The translations under genes and the position numbers were made by a program. The notes under the pieces were generated by a model. The model saw only the letters and a program-made list of their open reading frames with translations, did not search any database and had not been told where the DNA came from. Of a stretch of DNA of 64,000 nucleotides, positions 55,085 through 63,527 are shown piece by piece (position 1 is the stretch's first letter; the number at the start of each line of letters is the position of its first letter). Location of the stretch: assembly GCA_913056365.1 (NCBI GenBank), contig CAJXLT010000006.1, positions 152,186 through 216,185 on the forward strand, written 5' to 3'. The DNA comes from an uncultured Paenibacillaceae bacterium (lineage in GTDB: Bacteria; Bacillota; Bacilli; Paenibacillales; K13).

Positions 55085-55528
55085 CTAAAATAGTTTCACT
55101 TGCTCGATTTCCACCGGATTCAGTTCCGTGGATATAACTCCGTACTGAGCATAAAACTCGCCTACTAGTCTGCGGTGACAATACCGGTGATCTTTGCAGA
55201 AGCAGATCAATACCACGTTCTTGCCGTAGATCAATCGCTTATATACTTCACGTAGGGCTCTTACCCTGGTTTCCCATTCCAGCTCTTTCAAAAACCGGCG
55301 CTCATATAGCGGCCACCACTCTCTATAATCCAGCTTATCCTTCCATTCTTGGAGATAAGTTTGGAATAAGTCGGGTGAAGGAGATAGGTCACGAATAATC
55401 TCAGCATCCTTGATCTCAAACCCGGCCCGAGTAATCAGTAATAGGTCAGCGTCAAAATAAACTTTATGCAATCCGTTCGCATTACAGGTATATAGTTTCC
55501 CTTGGGGATTCAGATACTTCGTATTCAA
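55085..55528 (-). CDS. DUF488 family protein (divergent, YeaO-like N-terminus)
   Basis: The C-terminus has VVLICFCKDHRYCHRRLVGEF, and a DLSPSPDLFQTY segment is present. The TTG start lies 8 nt after AGGTGGTG. Confidence 0.65.
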   Translation of the reverse strand: MNTKYLNPQGKLYTCNANGLHKVYFDADLLLITRAGFEIKDAEIIRDLSPSPDLFQTYLQEWKDKLDYREWWPLYERRFLKELEWETRVRALREVYKRLIYGKNVVLICFCKDHRYCHRRLVGEFYAQYGVISTELNPVEIEQVKLF

Positions 55529-55660
55529 GAACTAAACACCACCTAACCCAGAATGAATCCGGAAATACCGTATAAATTCATTTTACCACATTCGACAAGA
55601 CCTTGAGCAACTACTTCATAACTATCTAAAGGCGCGGGAAATTCTTGCGCTCATACTTGT

Positions 55661-55845
55661 CGTGGCGTTTGTGAAGGGGTTGTTCGATTATTTCCAAAAA
55701 CGGAAATGACCGCCCCCCATCCAAGGTTGCGGTCATCTCGATCGTACTTATTGAGTTGGTAAGTGCCGACCGCTCTTCATGCGGTAGCCGTACCTAATGG
55801 GGAATCTGGTGCCAGCCAAGTTCCTTTATTAGTGTAATCATATCT
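55661..55845 (-). ncRNA. structured ~180-nt element, copy 2
   Basis: This copy has the same architecture as 53684-53866. Differences in stems are compensatory or wobble (CCUGG to CUUGG opposite CCAG; GAAAU to GAGAU opposite AUUUC). Loop sequences differ freely. Confidence 0.55.
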
Positions 55846-56043
55846 CATCCCATATATAATATGCAACGATAAAAAAGGATGCTTTACGTGATGTCTGTTC
55901 CATGAAGATATGATGGACAAGTTGACCCAAATACGAAAAAGGTTTGGGGCGGACCCAATGGAGACTATTCATTGTCCGAAGCGAGAGCTCGACCTGCTAC
56001 TTTTTCTCGCAGAAGACGCACGCACCAGCGAAGGTCGCGTCGA

Positions 56044-56496
56044 TTACTGACGACACATTCGTGCTCGATAAGCCTTCGTTCCGCGGACGGCTGTGATCGG
56101 TCGACAGCATTGTTTCGTCTCGCTGCGCTTTCCTTCCTTAGCCGCGAGCGTCTGCATGTCTGCGGTCAGCTGGCTCAGCAGCTGCAGGACCTGCGCCAGC
56201 TCGGCTTGCCTGCGCTCAACTTGATTCGTTTTTTCCCGCAGAAGCTTAACGATTTCTGACAAGGGCATCTTATTCGCCTGGTCGGCTTGGTTGAGTTTTT
56301 TTATTTCCGAGATTGTGAACCCCGCCGCTTGCAGTAGCTTGAGTCTTCCGATATGCTCCACGGCTTCCTCGGAGTAGACGCGGTAGTTGTTCGGACCGCG
56401 CTGGACATGGCGCGTATCGAGCAGTCCTTCGGACTCGTAGTACCGAAGCGTATGAACAGAGCAACCGGTTAGTTGTGTCAGCTGTTGTATGCGCAT
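56044..56496 (-). CDS. MerR-family transcriptional regulator
   Basis: MRIQQLTQLTGCSVHTLRYYESEGLL is a classic MerR HTH. AAGGAG lies 6 nt before the ATG at 56496, and the ORF-track start at 56514 lacks an SD. Confidence 0.85.
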   Translation of the reverse strand: MRIQQLTQLTGCSVHTLRYYESEGLLDTRHVQRGPNNYRVYSEEAVEHIGRLKLLQAAGFTISEIKKLNQADQANKMPLSEIVKLLREKTNQVERRQAELAQVLQLLSQLTADMQTLAAKEGKRSETKQCCRPITAVRGTKAYRARMCRQ

Positions 56497-56521
56497 GTCG
56501 ATCTCCTTTGTCATCTGAGAC

Positions 56522-56560
56522 TTGACCTTCGAGTATGCTCTATAGTTTATACTATACTCG
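56522..56560 (+). promoter_or_regulatory. MerR-type promoter: TTGACC, 20-nt spacer, TATACT, with the dyad CGAGTAT-N17-ATACTCG
   Basis: The -35 TTGACC lies at 56522-56527 and the -10 TATACT at 56548-56553. The inverted repeat arms lie at 56530-56536 and 56554-56560. An over-long spacer is the hallmark of MerR-activated promoters. Confidence 0.55.
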
Positions 56561-56605
56561 TCAACAAGTACCGCGTAAAGAGCGGAACAGGAGAGGGTAT
56601 GAACG

Positions 56606-57457
56606 ATGCTAACACGTAATCATCAAGTTACGCCGATCGGTGAGCGCACATGGATGATCAGCGAATTCGGCAATTCCACGATGTATGTCCTCGAGGGAGC
56701 AGAACGCGCGCTGCTCATTGATACGGGAACGGGGATCGGCGATTTGCAGGGGGTAGTCCGGCAGATCACACAGCTGCCGCTAACCGTCGTCATAACGCAT
56801 GCGCATGTCGACCATGTGTGCGGTGCAGGGCAATTCGACGAAATTTACATTCATCCGGCTGATATTGCTCAGATGAATGAGCTGACGCTGGAGCATCGGC
56901 GATGGTACGCGCGAAGGGCTGGCACGGCGAATGGCAGCTTGGCGGAGTACTCCGTCGAAGAGGATATTGTCGATTGGGGGAAAACGCCTGCGGTCAACCT
57001 GCTGCATGACGGACAGACGTTCGATCTCGGCAGAAGAATCGTGTCCGTGATGGAGACGCCGGGGCATTCGAGAGGATCGGTCGTTTTCTTTGATCCGAAG
57101 CATCGGAATTTATTTTCGGGGGATGCCTGCAGCAGCCTGGTGTTGCTGGATGCGCCACCCGAATTCGCTATGATCGTCACGCCGTCTATAGAGGTGATGA
57201 GTGTCGCCGCTTGTCTGGGCGGGCTGCTGCGAATCAAGGCGCGAGGGCAAGAGTTCGACCGAAATTTCACGGGACATAGCCGTGGGGGAGAGCCGGCATT
57301 GCCGGAGGTGCTGGATGACTTGATCGGCTGCTGTCGTGCCATACTGGACGGCACAATCGAGGACAAGACGTATCCCGATCCAGTCAGAAGCTCGCATGCA
57401 TGCGCGACATACAGGTCGGTGCGCATCGTGTACAACGAGACGGCGCTGCACGATTGA
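56606..57457 (+). CDS. MBL-fold metallo-hydrolase
   Basis: VVITHAHVDHVCGAG contains the HxHxDH motif, and downstream residues include TPGHSRGS. GGAGAGGG precedes the ATG. Confidence 0.85.
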   Translation: MLTRNHQVTPIGERTWMISEFGNSTMYVLEGAERALLIDTGTGIGDLQGVVRQITQLPLTVVITHAHVDHVCGAGQFDEIYIHPADIAQMNELTLEHRRWYARRAGTANGSLAEYSVEEDIVDWGKTPAVNLLHDGQTFDLGRRIVSVMETPGHSRGSVVFFDPKHRNLFSGDACSSLVLLDAPPEFAMIVTPSIEVMSVAACLGGLLRIKARGQEFDRNFTGHSRGGEPALPEVLDDLIGCCRAILDGTIEDKTYPDPVRSSHACATYRSVRIVYNETALHD

Positions 57458-57561
57458 GCGACACCACGGAAGAGCAGGGTTTTCCAGTATCGATAGAGGA
57501 TAGAGTCGTAGGGGCAATGATAGGGTGTTGCGGGCATAGGTGGTTGCGAGGATACACATGC

Positions 57562-57593
57562 ATGGACTGTCCTAAGAAGACGGTCCATTTTTT
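57562..57593 (+). terminator. rho-independent terminator
   Basis: ATGGACTGTC pairs with GACGGTCCAT (one G-U pair) and is followed by TTTTTT. Confidence 0.75.
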
Positions 57594-57756
57594 GCACTTT
57601 AAGACGTATTTTCCTTATTCAGTTTCAAGCACTTATAATTCCGATACATTCACTTCCAGCAGTAGAATGCTCTACCACAATCACTTTGAAGTAAAATTAT
57701 GGAGGAATACGCCGACATGTGTCGAATGAACTATGTACCATATTTAGGAGGTACAT

Positions 57757-59043
57757 ATGGCACGGAGAAGAAGAAGGACCAAAGACGCATTTGAAATTGA
57801 GAAGGCTGTGTTCTATTTGTCTGTATTTGTAGGATTGATTGTGTACGCACAAACCAAGAGCTTTACGCAGGCGTTAACGATGATATTCATATCGCTGTTG
57901 TTGGTATTTGCTTTTTTTGTATACAGAGCAGTGAGAGCCAGAGAGCGAATCAGTCGATCCAGAATCGAAGAAATTGACGTAATGGATGGGATCAAATTTG
58001 AGAAATACCTAGATGTCTTGTTCTCGAAGCTAGGGTATAAGACATCTGTGACAAAAGCATCGGGGGACTTTGGAGCAGATGTCATTCTGGAGAAGGATGG
58101 CAGGAGGATCGTAGTTCAGGCAAAGCGTTACAGCTCCAATGTAAATCTTAATGCAGTACAGGAGGTTACAGCGGCTAGAAGCCACTATGGTGCACAAGAA
58201 GCATGGGTTGTAACGAATCAGTATTACAAGAGCTCGGCCATTCAATTGGCTCGATCGAACGATGTGAAATTAATTAATCGAGATGATCTTATCGATCTCA
58301 TACTGCAAGTGAATCCAGAAATGCAAGAAGCGCACCATCGAGTTAATTCCGGGCGTGCGTGCAGAAATTGCGGTCAACCAATGAACCTCATTCAAGGGAC
58401 TGAGCGATCATTCTACCGATGCAACGAATTCCCTAAGTGTAGATACATTGAGGATGAGATTGAAGAATCTCAACAGGCAAAAGCGTCTGTAACTAAGAAC
58501 AGGGTAGCATCGGGGGTTATTAGTGATTACCAGAAAAAATACACGTCGCCTATCAAAAAGTCAATTAGACGTCACATGCCGAAAGTTGTGCTCGTTGCTG
58601 GCATATTGCTAATAGCTTTAGTAGCTAGTATCGTAGGTAACTTGAGCAACCAAGTACAACGTAGCAACGGTGAAGCGCAGTCAACTTTACCATCAACTGT
58701 TGGGCAGGGAAGCGATCAGAAGTCGGTCAACGAAATGGAGCTTGTAGTTACGTTATCGTTGAAGAATTATCCCGACAAGAGATTCCTCAATAAAGCGCTG
58801 ATGGAGAAGCTATCAATTGATGAGGGACAAGTTATTGAGATAACGGGGCCTAATGGTGGAAGTATTTCGGTTCCGGTGTTCTCCGAACCTGAAACCAGTA
58901 CGGTGATTGATATCAATAAAGAACATATTCGCTTGCTCTATCAGGATAGGCAAGAGTTAGGCGTGAATGTTCCAGAGGGCTACTCTAATAATACAGCTGT
59001 TGCGAATGCCTCAGTCACACAAAAAGTTACGATTCGTTTCTAA
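57757..59043 (+). CDS. membrane-anchored Mrr-like restriction endonuclease domain protein with a C4 zinc ribbon and an extracytoplasmic C-terminal domain
   Basis: Two N-terminal TM helices are present. The Mrr_cat core is GDFGADVILEKDGRRIVVQAKRY...AWVVTN. The topoisomerase-type zinc ribbon is CRNCGQPM...YRCNEFPKCRY. A third TM (VVLVAGILLIALVASIVGNL) is followed by a ~130-aa C-terminal domain. Confidence 0.75.
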   Translation: MARRRRRTKDAFEIEKAVFYLSVFVGLIVYAQTKSFTQALTMIFISLLLVFAFFVYRAVRARERISRSRIEEIDVMDGIKFEKYLDVLFSKLGYKTSVTKASGDFGADVILEKDGRRIVVQAKRYSSNVNLNAVQEVTAARSHYGAQEAWVVTNQYYKSSAIQLARSNDVKLINRDDLIDLILQVNPEMQEAHHRVNSGRACRNCGQPMNLIQGTERSFYRCNEFPKCRYIEDEIEESQQAKASVTKNRVASGVISDYQKKYTSPIKKSIRRHMPKVVLVAGILLIALVASIVGNLSNQVQRSNGEAQSTLPSTVGQGSDQKSVNEMELVVTLSLKNYPDKRFLNKALMEKLSIDEGQVIEITGPNGGSISVPVFSEPETSTVIDINKEHIRLLYQDRQELGVNVPEGYSNNTAVANASVTQKVTIRF

Positions 59044-59180
59044 TTGAATGGGGATATTTATGAAAAATCAATCAGAAAGTAACATTTGATTAGTAGGTTA
59101 GAATAACGCAGTTTCAACGGGAATAACCAGCTAATAAGTACTACTTTTTATAAAACTATCTTATTAAAGGATGTTATATA

Positions 59181-62100
59181 ATGAGGCATGTTTTTTATGC
59201 ACCCGATGAAATACCATTGCATTATTTTTACTTTGGTTGGAAAAAAGCAAAAAGTTTTGTAAAACAACAAGGATTCTATGATCCTATTGAAATAAAAGAG
59301 TTTGAACTGGAGTTGGAAAAGAATTTAAGGAAAATTCGGAATAGAATAAGTTCTTTATCGTATGAGATGGCGCCACCTATTGCTTACGGATTTCCAAAAG
59401 GGAGAAAAGATGATCAGTTACGGTTAAGGCCAATGTCAAAGGTTTCATTTATTGATCAAGTTGCTTGGGCTACCATTGTTTTAGTTCTAGGTGAGTGGTT
59501 TGACACGATTAACGATGGTGATGAGGAAGTTTGTGACTTAGAGTGGATGGTTAATTGGAGTTGCAATAATCGTTTGCGCAGAAAGTATTACCCAACTGAT
59601 GATGAAAATAACTTTGTATTTCGGAGGTTGATGGTTAATTATACACACAATGAACTTTACGAAAGCTTTCAACGGAGTCTCCGTTTTCAACGGAAGAAGC
59701 AGGAAGATTATTTTGAACAAATTCTTGATAATTCACCATATGCATATTACGGACAAGCGGACATCACAAAATTTTACCCAAGTCTTCGGATGGATATAGT
59801 TCGTGAAGTATTATTTATTCGTCTGAACCAATTATGTAGTCGTGGAATAACAAGTGTCGAGGTGGTGAAAAAATGGGAAGGGGTACTGTTTAGTCTGTGT
59901 AAAATAAAAACCAATAATAGACATTTATCAGAAATTGAGGTAAAAGCCATCGGAACTGAGACTGTTGACCTACTTATTGATTGTTTACCAACAGGGTTAA
60001 TAGCTTCTGGTTTTTTGGCGAATTGTGTTTTAACCCATTATCTTGATATACCAATAAATGAATTCCGAATAAAAAAAACAAGTGAGGGTAAGGTTACCCA
60101 CTTAACCCGCTATACAGACGATATTATGATTATATCTTCCGATGAGGAGACAATTTATGAGGGCATTCACAAAATCAGGGGCTTACTCAATAGTATTGGT
60201 TTAAGAATGTCGGAAGATAAAACTAGGCCTATATTAAAAGAAGATATGATTAAAAGCATCACTAAAGATATTAAATCTTTATCAACAACTCAGGCTAATG
60301 ACGTTATTGAGCATATCCTGCAGGACTCAATTAAATGTCCTCGCGTAGGTAAATTCGATAATTTACCTAGTTCAACTGCACTAATTGATAAGCTATCACA
60401 ATTAGGTGATCAGCATGTTCGGGCTATGAACCAAAGCGAACTGGAGAAGTATTTAACCGAGCTGATGGAGTTAGTTAATACTGAATTTGCTGCAGATGAG
60501 ATACGTGACGATACTAAATCATCCTTTGCATCTTGGAAAATACGGAAAACTGCCAATGATGCCAGATATCGAGATCTTGATACGAAACAAAGCGTTACTG
60601 AGACACTAAAGCGCATGTATATGAAATATCCTTATAAGTTATCTTTAGTGAGTTGTTACATACTTCACCTCATGGAAATCCCATTTGATGAAAAGGTAGA
60701 AGAATTATTTACTGAGATGCTTAAGTCAGCAAAAAAAAATGATCGACAAGACCAACCAGGTTTTTATGGCTCGTATATGCGTACGCATATTATGTTTTGC
60801 ATAGCTGAAAACTGGAAAAATGTTGGCGCAGAGATTCGGTCTAAGTTGGGAGCTATTATTCAAAGAGAAATAATGGGCTGGTATGATCAGGATACCTACT
60901 TAACGTGGCATGAACAGTATGCAATCTATTGGGCTCTTTCAAATATTTCCATAAACACAAGGGGAGTTCCAATGTTAAATGAAAGTCCAATAGAATTAGT
61001 TAATCGAGCCTATAGGTTGTTTAGAATTATGGATCACGATGTCGAATCAGGTAATGATCCTGTTCTTATAGCACTGATGAGTGAGATATGGCGGAATAAT
61101 CGTCCCAAAAATAAAAGAGAACATGCCACAGAGGATGAAAGTCAATGGATTGGTTGGTTGTGGAAGAGAATTACAAGTAATATGAAAGGTTGGGAATGGA
61201 AGAATGAAGGTCATGGAAGGGTCTGGATTGAGATATCGACCGGGAGAGAAAATGTAATAACCACATATGGATTCAGGAGATTAATGGAACTAGCAGAACT
61301 TCATATAGAAACATTTCTTGAGGATAATAGTATTTCTCATAATGAAGAATATTTTGAGATATCTCCTATCTTTAACGGTGTTATAGATATTCTCAATAAA
61401 TCAGTCACAAAGTGGGTTGAACAATCCAATTCAATGTTTAACGCTCGGTTCTTAAGGGCTATAAGAATGGTTTCAAAAAACTATAAAATAAAAAGCTATC
61501 TAATGAATCGTTTAAGAAATCTCAAGGAAATAGACCGCACATTACTGTCCAAAAAAAATATTATTGGTAACGTTCCGAGTTTTACAAGTGATAAAAATAA
61601 AATAATTCCACTACAAGATTGGGTTGAAATTATAAGTATATTACCTCAAAGGTTAGAGGTTGTCGAAATACCCAAGGAATTGTTGCATCTAACGGAAACA
61701 GAAATAACCCTTTTGTTGATTGAGGTTAGTAAAAGGATTATTGCTGAACTGGATAATCGTGCTAGCCGTGACTCGAATGTGGATATATTCAACAGTCGGA
61801 CACTTTGGTCTAAAACAAGTTTAAATCGTATTGGACTAAGTGTTGAAGACTGGAACAAATGGCGCAATGGAGATCTGTCATTTGGGATTGATTTTACGGA
61901 CGATTTTGTTATTTACTCGGATACTTATTTAAGTGCATGGGCTTATACCAATACTTTCTTCTTAGACGAAGAGTTTTTAATCTGTTACTCATTATCGGTA
62001 CTGCTACTATTACTTATTTCGAAAAAACATATATATTCGGGGGCTGCAGGAATAAAAAGATTGAGAGGGTGGACTAAAATATCTGATGTTATCGCTCATT

Positions 62101-62360
62101 CCGAGTTTCCTTCTACTGTTTTGGCAGAGGTGATAGCAGGATCATTAAATTATCAGAGACCATTCTATAATTATTACGCGGAACACGGGGGTATTGAATT
62201 GCCATTACTGCCATTAGAGAAAGAACCAATTATAAATCTAGCGGATTATCTGCAAGTTTTAGAGGATCATTTGAGTAATGTACAAAGCAGAGTTTTGATT
62301 GGTGATACTGGTTTGCGTGAAATGAGATTTATTGATTTGGATAAAATAGTAAGGGGATGA
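59181..62360 (+). CDS. UG/Abi-type (defence-associated) reverse transcriptase with a long helical C-terminal extension
   Basis: RT motifs occur in order: FPKGRKDDQLRLRPMS, FIDQVAWATIV, YGQADITKFYPSL, LPTGLIASGFLANCVL, RYTDDIMIISS (YxDD) and GLRMSEDKT. About 650 aa of non-RT sequence follows. No intron, retron or LTR features were seen. Confidence 0.8.
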   Translation: MRHVFYAPDEIPLHYFYFGWKKAKSFVKQQGFYDPIEIKEFELELEKNLRKIRNRISSLSYEMAPPIAYGFPKGRKDDQLRLRPMSKVSFIDQVAWATIVLVLGEWFDTINDGDEEVCDLEWMVNWSCNNRLRRKYYPTDDENNFVFRRLMVNYTHNELYESFQRSLRFQRKKQEDYFEQILDNSPYAYYGQADITKFYPSLRMDIVREVLFIRLNQLCSRGITSVEVVKKWEGVLFSLCKIKTNNRHLSEIEVKAIGTETVDLLIDCLPTGLIASGFLANCVLTHYLDIPINEFRIKKTSEGKVTHLTRYTDDIMIISSDEETIYEGIHKIRGLLNSIGLRMSEDKTRPILKEDMIKSITKDIKSLSTTQANDVIEHILQDSIKCPRVGKFDNLPSSTALIDKLSQLGDQHVRAMNQSELEKYLTELMELVNTEFAADEIRDDTKSSFASWKIRKTANDARYRDLDTKQSVTETLKRMYMKYPYKLSLVSCYILHLMEIPFDEKVEELFTEMLKSAKKNDRQDQPGFYGSYMRTHIMFCIAENWKNVGAEIRSKLGAIIQREIMGWYDQDTYLTWHEQYAIYWALSNISINTRGVPMLNESPIELVNRAYRLFRIMDHDVESGNDPVLIALMSEIWRNNRPKNKREHATEDESQWIGWLWKRITSNMKGWEWKNEGHGRVWIEISTGRENVITTYGFRRLMELAELHIETFLEDNSISHNEEYFEISPIFNGVIDILNKSVTKWVEQSNSMFNARFLRAIRMVSKNYKIKSYLMNRLRNLKEIDRTLLSKKNIIGNVPSFTSDKNKIIPLQDWVEIISILPQRLEVVEIPKELLHLTETEITLLLIEVSKRIIAELDNRASRDSNVDIFNSRTLWSKTSLNRIGLSVEDWNKWRNGDLSFGIDFTDDFVIYSDTYLSAWAYTNTFFLDEEFLICYSLSVLLLLLISKKHIYSGAAGIKRLRGWTKISDVIAHSEFPSTVLAEVIAGSLNYQRPFYNYYAEHGGIELPLLPLEKEPIINLADYLQVLEDHLSNVQSRVLIGDTGLREMRFIDLDKIVRG

Positions 62361-63262
62361 CGAGTATGGAGGACGAACTACTTGATAATATTGTAATAAC
62401 ATTAGGACAGTCCAATCATGATCAGCATATACTTGACTATTTGGATCAAGCAAATGGTTATAAATATAAAAATCCTAATGATCAGTTGAATTTATTAGAC
62501 TCTATTCTGCAGACATCTCACCAAGATGGAGCTCAATTTGTTATGTTACCAGAGTTTTTTTTGCCACGTAGGTTCTTGTTTAGTTATATAAAAGAAAGGG
62601 CGATTCGATACCGTAGCATTATTATGGGCGGCTTAGAGTATGGTATGGATCCGAGCCCTGCGCCATCCGGCAAATTCCGTTTAAAGAATGAGGCCTTTGT
62701 TGTAATTCCAGATAATCTATACAAAAAAAATCACATGACAAATGGAAGTGCGACTGTAATCACTGTACCTAAATTACATCCAGCACCAGAGGAAGCGAAA
62801 TTGCTATCTAAAAATGGATATGAATTCGTTAATGGCAACCGAATCTATCATTTTTCCAGTAAGAGATTGGGGAACTTTGCAGTCCTTATATGCTTTGATT
62901 TTCTTAATCTTCCAGTTCAAGCAATCCTACAAAGTCAGATTCAGACCCTCTTTGTGTTAACATATAATATGGATGTTACTGGGTTTATATCAATTGCTGA
63001 AACAGTTCAAAGGTTATTGTTATGCAATGTTGCAATATGCAATACCGGATTCTTCGGAGGGTCAGTAGTTTTTGCACCGATTCGGGAACCACGCCAAAAG
63101 CGGCAAGTGTTACAAATTAATGGAAATGAAATTCACGCTGCGGTTTCTGTACACTTACCAATAAAAGAGGTCTGGAAGGTACAAGATTCAGGTGAAGTAA
63201 ATCACGGAGAGAAAAAATTTTTTCAACTACCACCTGATTTCGGTCGTTTAGCTGCAAGATAG
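62357..63262 (+). CDS. carbon-nitrogen hydrolase (nitrilase superfamily) protein
   Basis: E-K-C triad candidates occur in the expected order and context: FVMLPEFF, VPKLHP and AVLICFDF. The ATG overlaps the RT stop (ATGA). Confidence 0.65.
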   Translation: MTSMEDELLDNIVITLGQSNHDQHILDYLDQANGYKYKNPNDQLNLLDSILQTSHQDGAQFVMLPEFFLPRRFLFSYIKERAIRYRSIIMGGLEYGMDPSPAPSGKFRLKNEAFVVIPDNLYKKNHMTNGSATVITVPKLHPAPEEAKLLSKNGYEFVNGNRIYHFSSKRLGNFAVLICFDFLNLPVQAILQSQIQTLFVLTYNMDVTGFISIAETVQRLLLCNVAICNTGFFGGSVVFAPIREPRQKRQVLQINGNEIHAAVSVHLPIKEVWKVQDSGEVNHGEKKFFQLPPDFGRLAAR

Positions 63263-63527
63263 TAATTGAAAGGATACCCTACATGGTATTTGTTGTCAAA
63301 AAAATGTCGTCAGGAAATGTTATAACTCCTCCGTGTGGCTTTTTGTGATTCTCCGTGTGAGTGTCAATAGCAAGAACTATATATTTCAAAAAACGATGAC
63401 TTACTTTTATGCATTTCGAAGTTTGTCTTCGGGTGGGGTTAATATCTCATTACCAAACAAAATGCATGATATTATTTCCATTAATGAGAAATTGGTACAT
63501 AATAGAAATGCGAAAGGAGAGGTGGTA

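Noticed and set aside
56869-57597. 242-aa and 149-aa minus-strand ORFs opposite the MBL hydrolase gene.
   Set aside because: They are antisense to a gene with an unambiguous HxHxDH motif and have no motifs of their own.
59181-62360. RT considered as a retron, a group II intron or a diversity-generating retroelement.
   Set aside because: I saw no flanking msr/msd-type inverted repeats, no intron RNA domains or maturase/En region, and no TR/VR repeat pair or Avd-like gene. The protein is about three times the size of retron RTs.
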